A stretch of DNA of 64,000 nt from the human T2T-CHM13v2.0 reference genome, Homo sapiens, in NCBI RefSeq assembly GCF_009914755.1, contig NC_060925.1; one strand, 5' to 3'. The notes under the pieces were generated by a model. That model ran no database searches and was not told the DNA's origin. It was given only the letters and a program-made list of their open reading frames with translations. Of this stretch, positions 45,595-59,240 are shown in pieces (the first letter of the stretch is position 1; each line of letters starts with the position of its first letter). The translations under genes and the position numbers were made by a program.

Positions 45595-46577
45595 TGTTTA
45601 TGTGTGTGTATATGTATGGGTATGTATGGGTATGTGTGTGTGTGTATATACGTGTATGTGTGTTTGTATGTTTGTGTATGTTTATATGTGTGTATATGGG
45701 TGTATGTGTATGTTTGTGTATGAGCGTGTTTGTGTGTATATATCTGTGTGTATGTGTGTTTGTGTTTGTATGTTTGTGTCTGTATGTCTGTGTGTATATA
45801 TGTGTTTGTGTGTATGTGTGTGTATGTGTGTGTTGTATGTGTATGTATGTGTATGTGGTGTTTGTGTATGTTTATGTGCGTGTATATATGTGTGTATGTG
45901 CATGTGTGTGCTTGTGTGTATATGTGTTTGTGTATGTTTGTGTATGGGTGTATGTGTGTGTGTTTGTGTGTTTGTGTTTGTGTATGTGTTTGTATATGTG
46001 TGTTTGTATGTTTGTATGTTTATGTGGGTATATGTGTGTATGTATGTGTAGATGGTGTTTGTGTATGTGTGTATATATATGTGCGTGTGTGTGCCTGTGT
46101 GTATGTGTGTATATGTATGTGTGTATGTGCGTATTTGTGTGTGTATTTGTGTATGTGTCTGTGTATTTGTGTATGTGTGTGCATATGTGTTTGTGTGTGT
46201 ATATGTGTGTTGTGTATGTGTGTATGTTTAGGTGGTGTTTGTGTGTGTTTGTGTATGTGTATTTATGTATATGTGTATGTGCACTTGTGTGTGTGTATAT
46301 GTGTGTATGTTTGTGTGTGTGTATATGTAAGTGTGTATTTGTGTATTTGTGTGTGGGCATATTGTATATGTGTGTATGTTTGTGTGTATGTGTGTATATG
46401 TAGTGTGTATTTGTGTGTTTGTGTGTGTGTGTCTGTGTATTTGTGTGTGCGCATATGTGTTCATGTGTATTTGTGTATGTGTGTATTTGTGTGTGTTTGT
46501 ATGTTTGTGTATTTGTGTGTGTGTGTATGTATGTGTATTTGTGTGTGTTTGTGTGTATGTGTTTGTGTGTGTGCATA

Positions 46578-46617
<40 letters not shown>
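45595..46617 (+). repeat. ~1-kb degenerate (TG)n/(TGTA)n microsatellite array
   Basis: Continuous alternating TG/TA sequence ending in a pure (TG)n run. Confidence 0.97.
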
Positions 46618-46618
<1 letters not shown>

Positions 46619-47280
46619 CCTCTCATTTAGTCCTCACAATGACCTGCCGAGGAAGTTCTGTTATTAACCCCACTCTGCTCAGCACGCGGCCCAGGCCATG
46701 CCAACGCTAAGGCACTGAGCCAGGCTGCTGACGTGGAGCCCACACGTGCGACCACTGTCCTACCCTAAATCCCAAAGTGGGAAGGCCGTGGTCTAGACCT
46801 TGATCCCAGAGGCCCAAGTTCAATTTCCATCCCTGCCACTGGGTGTCTTGTGTATCTTTGGACAAGACACACCCCCTCTTTGGTCTTCTGTCTCTTCAGT
46901 GAAAATAAGAGATGGGACCCTGAGGCTCTCCCAGGCTTATTTGACTGCTAGTGTTCCAAGAGCTGGGGGATCCAGCACCCCTCTGTGCCAGAGAGCAAAC
47001 AGCCAGCTGCCTGAGTTTACATTTTTTGGCTTCTGCAATTACAGCTGCTTCCCCACTGGACCTGGGGAATTTCGCCTCCAGGTGGAGCAGAGGGGCCATT
47101 CATGAGGGCATTTCCTGACCCACCACTGAGCAAGGCCCTCCCTGTTATGTGGAAGCCTGTGGAACCCAAGAGTTTGAGAACGTAGCTCATTTGCCATTCA
47201 ATCAGTGCTGTCTCCTACACACCACTCCCCTCCCTTGAACTTTCTCAGCAAAATTTGCCCCAGAAGAAGAACTTCTCTGA

Positions 47281-47960
<680 letters not shown>

Positions 47961-48390
47961 CAGAAGCTTCCATGCTTTTGCACAAAGAAGGGAGTCATGG
48001 GGGCAGCTTCAGGCAGAAAGCCAGGTGGGGGACACAGATTGCAAATTCAGAGCAGGGGAGACTCCTCATGCTTCTCCAAGCACAACTAATTAGCTACCAT
48101 GCTGAGATTCTCATCTGGAGTCTGTTGCAGTAAGGTTCACAGTACACTGAAGAGTTAAGATCAAGACTTTGGAGTGTCAGAAGCCTGAGTTCAGATCTTG
48201 ATTCTGCCGCTTACAGCTGTGTCGTCTTGGGCAAATTGCTTGCTGTCTCTGGCCTCCTTTCCCTGTAATGCTGGGCTGGCAGTCCCAAGCCCCAGGCATG
48301 TTGTGAGAATCACGCTTATAAAGTGCTGAGCACAAGGATGGCACGTGGGAGGTAATCAGTCGGTCTCAGCAGCTGTGGTCATTGTCACCA

Positions 48391-48391
<1 letters not shown>

Positions 48392-48421
<30 letters not shown>
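48392..48421 (+). repeat. (TG)15 microsatellite 53 nt upstream of exon 14
   Basis: Direct count. Confidence 0.95.
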
Positions 48422-48423
<2 letters not shown>

Positions 48424-48474
48424 TGGGGAGCTGACTGAGCCTCCCCTGCTGACTCAAAATGGTCCTCTCTTCAG

Positions 48475-48589
48475 CTCCACAGGCATCCGGGAGGCTGAGC
48501 GTTTTGGAACGCCCCCTGGCAGGGCCTCCAGCGTCACGCGGGCAGGAAAGGAGGAGAACAGCAGCGGTCTCAAGTACAAGGCTGGCCGG
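48475..48589 (+). CDS. KAZN: KAZN exon 14 (NSTGIREAERFGTPPGRASSVTRAGKEENSSGLKYKAGR)
   Basis: ctctcttcag|...CGG|gtaagt; 115 nt, phase 2 to 0, fits both neighbours. Confidence 0.9.
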
Positions 48590-49667
48590 GTAAGTCTCTC
48601 AATGGATTTACCTGTGAGTCCTGCAGACCCGGGAAAGGTCTTTTTTTTCTTCTCCCAGCGGCAGGTCTTTTTTTCTCCTCCCGGGAGCTCTGTGGCTCCT
48701 GTGCTGGCCTGTGAAGGTGGAGTGCCAGGCCGGGTCACGGGGGCATCCAGGACAGATGCCCTGGATGTACCTTCAAGGAACCTTCACGATGCTTTGGGTA
48801 CAGTGAACAAAGCCCCCGCAGGGCTTCGAGTAGCACCTGGATCTCAAAGTGCAGGTCTCACCTGCCTGCATGAGAATCACCTGGGGCTATTACTGAACTT
48901 GCAGATTCTGGGACCCACCTTGGTCTCCTGGAAAAGGAGTTCTCTGGGGCGAGGGGGATCCTGCATTCAGCTAGGCTGCCCAGAGGGTTCCAGCGCAGCC
49001 CCAAACTCTGAGCCCCAATCACTGATTTCAATTTGCGACTTCAGTGACCTGACCAATAGCAAAGATGAACCTCTGGTGACTCCAACCAAACAGTATGAAA
49101 ACATGTGCAGTTCAGGTCTGATTGCACAGACTCCAACTGACACAGATTCCTCAATGGAAATGCACAGACAGAGACGGCAGAACTGGGTAATCCAAAATGT
49201 CTTCCATTTGAAGAAGGCATGATCCCCATTCATTCATAAACATGAATACATTGCCACTTTACCCTTAAGAAGCTCCATTCTAGAACGTGCATTCTAGTAA
49301 TTGGGGCTGATATTGCCCCCCAAAGGAGTGAAAATTTGTTTTGGCGCTGGTGGGGGGTGGGGGCGGTGGCAAAAATTCTTATTCTTTCTATGTAAAAGCA
49401 CAAATGTACATATGGTACGGAAGCAGAGGCGTAGTATGTCTGTGGCATTACAATTTCACAGCAGGGGTGCAATTAGGAAAAAACTGTCTAAAAAGTCTCC
49501 TTAGGGAGCAATAATAATAATAAAAAAAGAAGATCTGGAAACACTGGTCTGGAAAGAAAGGCAGTCAAATAAATAGTTACAAAGCACTAATGTGACTACT
49601 TTAACACAGAGATGTGTGCAGTAAGAGAGAAGTATTTTTGAAGGCCTACTATGTGTGATAATAATAG

Positions 49668-49946
<279 letters not shown>

Positions 49947-50548
49947 GTGGGACTTTACTTTTTACAACAAACCTGGGAGTTAGAAACTACTATTCCCATT
50001 TTGTAGCTGAGAAAAATGGGCTCAGAGAGGGGAAGTGACTTGTCCAAGGTCACACAGCTGGGAAGTGGCAGAGCAGGGATCTGAACCTGGGTCTGTGAGT
50101 CTCCAAAACTCGCATTCTTTCTGCCACACCAGGCCGTCTAGAATATTCCTCCTTGACTTGGGAGTGCAGTCAGACCTCATGGGCCTGCTCAGACATTCTC
50201 ACAGGTAGTCTCCAGGACACACTTCCTCAACTCTCCACCCACCAAGGAGGGAAGAAGGAGGCTTTTGTGAATCAGGAATAATCAGACTAACGATATTTGT
50301 CCTCACCCTTGGTAACCAACTGAATCCTTCCGGGGGCAGGGGGACACAAAGCTCTCCCCTAATGGTCATTCACAAACTCCCCTCAACCTCCCTGAGCAGG
50401 GAGTATTATTACTAATAGGAGGAGCACACAGAGGTTAAGTAAGTTACTCAATCACAGAGCAATTAGAATTGGAGACATTTCCCAGACCTTCATTCTTAAT
50501 TCTTGTTTCTCTTCTTCCTGTCCTTTGATCATATTCTTCTCTTCTCAG

Positions 50549-50713
50549 CTGCCCCTGGGGAAGATAGGAAGGGGCTTCAGCAGCAAAGATCCCGATTTCC
50601 ATGATGACTATGGCTCTCTTCAAAACGAAGATTGCGGAGACGATGACCCCCAGAGCAGGCTGGAACAGTGCCGTCTGGAAGGCTACAACAGCCTGGAGGT
50701 CACCAACGTGTAA
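50549..50713 (+). CDS. KAZN: KAZN terminal exon 15 coding part (LPLGKIGRGFSSKDPDFHDDYGSLQNEDCGDDDPQSRLEQCRLEGYNSLEVTNV*)
   Basis: Strong acceptor ttcttctcttctcag; TAA 50711-50713. Total of 409 codons from exon 8 versus 55 for the short form (difference 354, consistent with recalled 775 vs 421 aa). Confidence 0.92.
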   Translation: MPLGKIGRGFSSKDPDFHDDYGSLQNEDCGDDDPQSRLEQCRLEGYNSLEVTNV

Positions 50714-53700
50714 GGAACTGGTGGCTCCACCAGACCCAACGTGAGAGACCCAGGAAGGAAGAGAAGCCAGATGGCCCCAGGTGTCGTTCTCACTGTACAT
50801 AGCGGCCGCAGGCTGAGGATGTCCCTTGCTCCTGGGCAAAATCCCGATGGACTCTGCGGTTTCAGCTCCACAGCGCCCAGGAGAGAGAAGACACCAGCCC
50901 ACCTGTCTTGGGTGGGCCATGGACTTTCCTGTTCAGCTGGAGATGGGCCCAGAGGACCTGTCACAGTGTCCGGCCCTGCCTCCATCCAGGATACACAGGC
51001 TCCACCTCAGAGTGACCGTCACTGTGGAGCAGCCAAGCAGTCCCTGGAGCCTTAAACGGAGCTGCCAAGGTGGGAGGAGGCCCACAGTTCCCTAAAACAC
51101 CCTTCCGGCGGGAGCAGGGGGGACCCCAACCCCACACCCCAGCGCCCAGTGCATTGGCAGAGCCGGGTGCAGGAAGTGCTGCCTCTTGCCGAGACGTCGG
51201 ACAGGGCGGGGGTTGGGGAACTCTCGGCTACAGCATCTTACCCTTGACTGAGAACTTGGGTCCTGACTTGGCTCACTGAATCTCTCTTGGGAGAATGCAA
51301 AATCCTTCCACCTGAAAAGCTCTGTGACACATGGGGGTGGACGTATTGAAGAGCTGTTTGCCGATCCACCCAGGAGTGGCTACGCTGAGTGGGGAGCCGG
51401 TGAATGATCCGTGCAGGAGTGGGGCTTAGCAGCCACATTTCTAGGAGATGCAGATATCCTATCACCAGAATGAAAGCTATTGGGACAACAGGATCGGGGA
51501 TGACCGACGGCCCCATATGGTGAATCTCTGGCCTGTGGTTTGGCTTTACTGAGATTCCAAACCCCACTATCTGCACTCCGTGACAGTGGTATGGAGTGTG
51601 GCAATGAGTTTGGGGTCTGGGGCAGGGAAATGCTTGACATTGTTAACCCAACAAACCTTTGTTGTGATGTCCCTGTCACCTGAAACATAGGTGACATAGC
51701 TCACCAATGTCCTAACCGAGACACAAACTCCACAGAGCAAAATCATTTGGTATTGGTGGGGAGAACCCCAGCCCTTTTCTTGACCTGCCACTGTTATGCT
51801 GTGTGGCTTCTTCCCAGTGGCCTCACCTCTCTGTGCCTCGATGTCTTCATCTACGATACTTCTGGTTCCCTCCCAGGGACATCGTGAGGATTAACACTTG
51901 CTAATATCTGTAACACAATTTGTAACCTCTCAGGAGACAATGGGAAGTTATGGGGTAGCTAATTTCCCATTTACAACACAGAAATGATATAGAGCTAGTT
52001 CGCTCCAACTCTTTAGGTTGAAGCAGTGTGCAAAAGGAAGAAAAGAAATGTTTAATGTTCAGACCTGCCAAGAGCCTCCAACAGGGCTCAAGAAACATAT
52101 AAATCCCATGAGCACAGCCTTGAAAACCAGTTTGACTCAAGCCTTCGGGCCTCAGTTCATTGACCAGATGACAGCCACGTGATGATTAGGGAAGGACGGA
52201 TGCATTGCGATTCTGCTTACACATCGGGTTATCAAAGCGAGTCACTTGTTGGAACCATGATGCTCGACCTCCTTCAAGGCCGTTTGCACTGGGGCTTGAG
52301 TTTCCAAGATTCACAACAGGTGTCAGCCTCTGAGAACCCTCAAAGCGTGTGTTCTTCAACCTGGCAAATTGTTTCCTCTCATGGGGGAAGCCGAGCTCTG
52401 ATGAACTTGAGAATTACACCTCTCTCATGCCGAAGACCGTGGTGTTCCCCCTAATGACATAAACGCAGCCTTTCTTGCTGTCTGAGACCAAATGTCTAGT
52501 TGGTAGACAGGTGGATGTTTGGCCTCCTAAGGGCACACTTCTGATCCTGGGCCCCAGGTGGTGAATCTCTGGCATGTGGCTTGGCTTTGTTGAGACTCCA
52601 AATTCCATTATCTTCATGACATTCGGCCTCATCCATAGGGTCCTGAAGCTGCAGTCCACAGCTCAGAAAGGAGAGGTGAGACCTCCCTCCAACCTGGTGC
52701 CACAGGTCTCTCCCAAGCCACATCCAGCCTGGATGACCTGGGACCCCAGAAACTGCCGTTTGGGAGGCAGCAACAGCAACGTGCCCAGGCAGGCAGTTAT
52801 TCCCACAGAGTGAGCCAGAATTGTAGCAGGGCACTTGAATGCAGAGCTGATGATTTGAAACCAACGTTCACCCAACTTGTCAGAAATGGCACTTACATGG
52901 TTCGATCTTGCTGGAGACAAGTGGACAATTGGGGGTCACTGGCAGAGACGGTATTGCCCAAAATGTTCACAGCAGGAGGCCAGCAGGCCTGAGGCAACAC
53001 GGGCAACCGCGAATGCCTCTTTTGGTTTAAATTATGCCATCACAACCCTCTTTCACCCATGAGGCTCCCCATCCCTGACAGCCAGGTGAGCATTTGGAGC
53101 TGGTTTCTCAACATGAGGATGGGTTGGTTGTTAAATTAACAACCTCCACAGTATCAGATTGAGTGAGCTTTGTCTGCTGGAAAAACCTGAAACGTCAACT
53201 CTGCTTCAAGGTCGGCAAGAAGAACAGAAGGCGGAGACTTGGCAGAGAGACTCAAGCTGATTGTCACAGGCTACAGAGGGGCCAGCTCCAGAACAGTGAC
53301 CAGCTACATCCTGTCCAAGCAGCCCGAGTGTGGTCTTGGTCCCTGCAGGGCGATGTGGGCATCTGGACCTGGGGACGATGTGGATGCACTTCTTGGAAAG
53401 CTGTTGTAGCTTGTGCCTGTGGGTGGAGAAGGCACCTGCCTGGTAGACTCTCAGCTTTCTGACCCCCAGGAGCCTCTGCGAGGCCCCTTTGTCCTTGGCT
53501 GAGCCGGACCTTTCTTTTGGAAATCTGTCTGTCTGTTGGCATCGCTGTTTTCAGACCCCAGGCTGCAGAGGAGGGGAGAAGCCACACAACAATCTGGACC
53601 CAATAAAGTGGAGAGAAGGGCGTCTCTACACAGCCCGGCCAGCGTGGAGGGCCCCAGGACAGGGACCCAAAAGCTTGACGTCACTGAACAGGGCTGGGTA

Positions 53701-54125
53701 CTGGCAGAACAGGAAGATTTGGCCAGAGGTGACCTCAGTGTTCCCTCCAGGGGCATCCAGGCCCCTCTGACCTGGGGAGAAGAAGGCCCATGCTCAGGCC
53801 CACCTCCCTCTTCCCATCAGAGCCCATGCGTCCTGGGCACCACCACTTCCACTCTGCTTTTCGAGGCTCCGGAGGGCTCTTCCTGCTGTGAAAGGAAAGG
53901 AGAAGAAAGCCTGTGGGCAATGGCAACCTCTGAGTCTGGCATTCTTGCCAATGGCTGGCCAGCGAGGAGAATCTCCCGAGCCCTGACACACAAAGGCATT
54001 TTGTGGCTGCAGAGGAAATGGGTTGGCTCTGAACAAAGATGCAGTTTCTAGGGCCGTGGCCCCAAATCGCTTCCCCGAGAGTGAATTTTAACACTGTAAC
54101 AATAAATACTACTGCACAGCACTTT
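50714..54125 (+). other. KAZN: 3' UTR of long KAZN isoform (~3.4 kb; end approximate)
   Basis: Runs from the stop codon to the distal polyA signal. Confidence 0.75.
54095..54106 (+). terminator. KAZN: Distal polyA signal: TGTA (54095-54098) plus AATAAA (54101-54106)
   Basis: CFIm UGUA upstream, canonical hexamer, U/GU-rich tract downstream (tttttctgtgttttct). Confidence 0.8.
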
Positions 54126-55419
54126 ATGGCAGAGGGGGCTTTTTTCTGTGTTTTCTCATTTAGTGTTCCCAGCAGCCTCTTTGTGAGATTTTGAACCCAT
54201 TTCACAGATGGAGAAGCTGAGATCAGAAAGGTGGAGGGCCTTGCCCAGCTCTGTAAAGCTAAGACATCCCAGGGCAGGGACTCAAACCCAGTCCATCTGC
54301 CTCCAAATCCCAGGATCATCCTCACAATTACACACTCTCCCAACCCTCACCCCCCTGCAATGTTGGCAAACCCCCCTCCCCCCACCTCCCAGCATAGGAT
54401 TTACCTTAGCAGGCAGCATCACTCAAAATGCAATTCAGGTGCACTCGGAGTGTCTGGAAAAGTCCCTGTGGGGGCATTGCCTTCTGCCCTGGGAACTTGC
54501 AGTCAGGAGTGGACACCTGACAAGTCCCCTCCCCTTGTGTCATTTGTGTCACTCCGTCACTCCTCCTGGGGGCACTTACATCTTCAGATTACCGGACTGG
54601 ATTTCTAGTGGTGGGACGCCCCAGCACAGTGCCCTTCAGACCGCCCCATGGCCTCGGATCACCTGGTGGGGAGGTATTTTGGGAGTGCAGGTGCAGATGC
54701 GGGAATTCTGGAGTCCCACCTGAGATCAGCATTTCCAACAAGCTTCCAGGTGCTGCTGCCGGTCCAGGGATCTCACATCGAGTTCCAAGGTCATGGCGCA
54801 CAGATGGGCCTTCCTAGCAAAGCCCTAACCACACAAGGTGGGGGCTGGTCTGTGGGCTCCACCCAGGTATCCAAACAGCCCTGATGGAGCCCCACCTACC
54901 AAACCAGGCTGTGTGCTTCTCATGGGGCAGGAACCCAGCTGGACGCGCTGCCCATTGCTCATGTCGGCAGGGGCTGAGCACTCTGGAAGTGTGTATTAAA
55001 TGGGGAGGAGACAAGAAAAGTTAGAAGACGCTGAAAGATAGACTGGGGATGGCCAGTTTCTCTAGGCTGACCACAGATACTGTATTGTTCAATCCACCTG
55101 GGAGCCAGGGCTGGTCCTTGGTGGTGGGGATCCAGTGGCAGAACTTACACAGGTCATGAAAGGAGGTAAGAAACACACCAGTGGCCAGGGTGATTGATTT
55201 CAGATAGTGACAAGTGTGATCGGGACTTCAAGTAGAGTGCGGGGGATCCTTGAGGATTTTTGAGCTGAGACCTAAATTCTGAGGAGCCAGCCCTGCAAAG
55301 ATCTGGGGGAAGACCATCCCAGGCAGGCAGGCAGTCCCTGAGCTAGATGCTGGGACGTAATGGTGAAAAAATCCTGCCCAACCACTACCCTCTTGGTGGG
55401 AAAGACAGACATGAATTAA

Positions 55420-55745
<326 letters not shown>

Positions 55746-57206
55746 AACTGTAGTAAGTCTTGACAGCAGAGGTAGCTGGTAGTCAGAGGGCTTTTCATAT
55801 CTTTTCACATGGGGGATTTAATGTAGAAAAGAGAAGGTGAGGCCTGGGTGGAGGGGAGTTCAGCAGGTGGAGAGGATTCTAGACAGGATGAACAGTGTGC
55901 AAAGGTCCTGTGGCAGGAGGGGCAGAGCCCCACGGCTACAAAGGACCCCCTGAGGCTGGAGTGCTGGGGGTGAGGGTACCATCTCCTGAGGGTAAAGAAG
56001 GGGCACCAGGCAGATCCTCTGCTGGGCCTCTGCCCCCTCCCAGGACCCTCGACCTGGCTCCCGTACATCTGTGTCATCCCAGATGCAATTAGTGCTTCCT
56101 AAGTGCTACACCTGGACATGAGGCCCCGCCTTCTGCAAATGGTTCGCTCTTTCCCTTTGCTCTGGCTCATGGCTAAATCAGATTTATCAGGCTACAGCCC
56201 AATGCAAGGGACCCATGAGGTGGCACTAGGGTAGCCAGGGCACAACTGATTGGCTGCCAACTAAGGTGTCAGGTAGAATCTGCCCAAGATGCCTGTTTTC
56301 AGCCATGTTGGTTGCAAGTTGTGCCGCTGATTCCCAGTGGCAGGGAATGAAGCTGGAGAGGAGCTTCATCAAACCGGTGGGAAATGCCCAGCTCCCCTCA
56401 ATTCACTTGAACCAAGCAGGGCTTCTTTCTGTGGTTGATCTCCGGCACCCCAGGCAGCCCTGGCATTGAGGGGAGTCAAGAAAGGAAGACCCGGCCCCCA
56501 AGGAAGGGTAGAGCCTCGTGTGGGATGGAGGTGAGGGGCTGGGTCTCCCTTAGTCTTTCTAAGCCTCACAGTGCACCCCCCAGGAGGAGAGGGCTGAGTC
56601 CTCCTAATAATTGGCAGCTAAGATTCTATGCATATGTTTGTTCCAACCACTTACCGTATGCTGAGGCTTTGCACAAGTATCTCTTTTAATCCTAAAACCA
56701 TCTGGAGGGGTTCATGCTATCACTATTTTCCTGATGAGAGTCGGTGAGTGAAGGAGCTCTCCCAAGTGTTCACTGCTAATAGAGCCAGAATTTGAACTTT
56801 GGCTGCATTAACCCTATTCTGCCGGGCCCCATCCCCTCCAGCTGCCTCTCGGATGAGGACTTACATCCCAGAAGGGCTCCTCAGCAGAGCGCAGATGGAT
56901 CAGTTCATCTCAGTGTTTGACTAATCGCCCTTGAGGAGTCTTACGCAGTCCCACCCCATCTCTGCAACATCTCTCTGGACCACGAGAGATCTCCGCTGAA
57001 TTCCAGAGGCTATAATCTGGGTCTCTTCTGAGACATTCCACATTCTCACCTTTGCATTACGGTAATTTGTGGGAGGTCTGTAGGGACTGTGACTGCTCCT
57101 GGACCACATTTCCCAGTGTCCAGCACACTCTTGTTGTCTGTTAAGCAAACGAACAGATAAATATATAAAAATTCACAGAGCAACAGCTGCCCATGGAAGA
57201 TGCTAC

Positions 57207-57421
57207 CCTGCTGTGCCGGCCAATATGGCAGCCACAGGCAACACGTATTTACTCAAATTATGAATTAAAATTAAATTAGAATTTAAAACTCCATTCCTCA
57301 GTCACACTAGCCACATTTCAGGTGTTCTATAGCTACATGTGGCTAGTGGGTGGCTGCTGTACCAGACAGAACAGATACAGAACATCCTCTTTGTCACAGA
57401 AAGTTCCACTGAACAGTGCTG
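57207..57421 (-). mobile_element. MER3-like hAT element
   Basis: ccaatatggcagccac...cctcagtcacactagccacatttc...cagaaagttcc...cagtgctg. Confidence 0.8.
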
Positions 57422-57577
57422 CCTCATAGCATCCAGAGGGGATTGAGTTTATTATACAAGCCCTGCCCTCAAGAAACTTCCAATCTGGCTAATGAGGAAA
57501 AAAAAAATAAGGCTGCAGGAAAACATAAATAGAAAAACAAAAGACCGTAGGGCAGGTAGAATTTCTACATGAGCCAG

Positions 57578-58160
57578 TGATATAGTTCGAATATTTGTCC
57601 CTGCCCAAATCTCATGTAGAATTGTAATCCCCATTGTTGGAGGTGAGGTCTGGTGGGAAGTGATTGGATCATGGAGGCCAATTTCTTTTTCTTTTTCTTT
57701 TTCTTTTTTTTTTTTTGAGACGGAGTCTCGCTCTGTTGCCCAGACTGGAGTGCAGTGGCATGATCTCGGCTCACTGCAAGCTCCGCATGGAGGCCGATTT
57801 CTAATGAGTGGTTTAGCACCATCCTCTTGGTGCTAGCCTTGTGACAGTGAGTGAGTTCTCACGAGATCTGGTTGTTGTAAATGCTGGCATCTTCTTCCTA
57901 CTTTCTCCTTCTTGCTCCTGCTTTTACCATGTAATGCACAATACATGGTAAAAGCAGGAGCAAGAGAGAGAAAGTAGGAAGAAGGTATCTTCTTTTGCCT
58001 TCCACCATGATTGGAAGCTTCTTGAGGCCTCCCTAGAAGGGGATGCTGGCACCATGCTTCCTGTATAGCCTGCAGAACCATGAGCCAATTAGACTTCTTT
58101 TCTTATAAGTTACCCAGTGTCAGGGATTTCTTTATAGCAATGCAAGAATGGCCTAATACA
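57578..58160 (+). mobile_element. MSTA-like MaLR solo LTR with perfect 5-bp TSD (GCCAG), containing a truncated Alu and a fold-back hairpin
   Basis: tgatatagtt...cccaaatctcatg...gcctgcagaaccatgagccaatt...ctaataca; gccag at 57573-57577 and 58161-58165. Confidence 0.9.
57687..57785 (-). mobile_element. Severely 5'-truncated AluY-like insertion in the MSTA LTR
   Basis: cactgcaagctccgc (Y-type); 17-bp TSD catggaggccaatttct 57670-57686 / catggaggccgatttct 57786-57802. Confidence 0.88.
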
Positions 58161-58859
58161 GCCAGTGACCAGTGACTGAAACCCCACTCAAAGAATGGTT
58201 TGCAAATACAGTAAATGGGAATGAAGCGGCATACGTAAAGAACACTCAAGGTCAACAGCTGGCTTTGGACACAGCTGGCGCCAGGGTGTCCGATGTTGCT
58301 TTCAAGACACTCAGCCTTCTTCACCTCTTGGGTTTGCTATCGTTTATACCAGTTAATTCTCAGACAGATTGTCCCCATTTGTTGGCAAAATGGTCACAAG
58401 ACAAACACTGTCTCAGCCAGCAACCCCTGCACAAGAGAGACCCTCTTGCCAGGCGGTTCTAGCAAAGTCTCAGGGTGGAATCCCATTGGCTTGGATAGGA
58501 TTGCAAACTCACCAAGGGTGGAGGCAGCCCACCCAGGCTTATGGCCTGAGGACACAATGCATGCACGGATTTTCCGCTCTTAAGAGGTGAGAGAACAGCA
58601 GCCCAAGAGCACCCTGCGGCTCTTAGGACGTGCGAAGCCAGTGGATCCTCTAAAGTGGCCCGGCAGGGGCCTCCTCTTTCCCAACACAGGCTTCCTCTCC
58701 CCTGCAGGTGGGGCTGGGCAGGCAGACTCCAGGGGAGAGGAGCCCCCTGATATTCAGACAGGAGAAAAAACTTAAGACCAAGCACCCAGCAGCTCACATA
58801 AGTGCCAGAAAGAGAACTGAGAATTCAGGGACATCCAACCTTGAGCTGAGGACTGATAA

Positions 58860-59240
<381 letters not shown>

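Noticed and set aside
45521-46710. Long ORFs (up to 326 aa) rich in V/C/M/Y or H/T
   Set aside because: Translation artefacts of the (TG)n array.
48395-49222. 275-aa ORF
   Set aside because: Only 48475-48589 is exon 14; the rest is microsatellite and intronic read-through past a perfect GTAAGT donor.
53602-53607. Upstream AATAAA in the long 3' UTR
   Set aside because: Followed by purine-rich rather than U/GU-rich sequence; 54101 has much better context. A minor site is not excluded.
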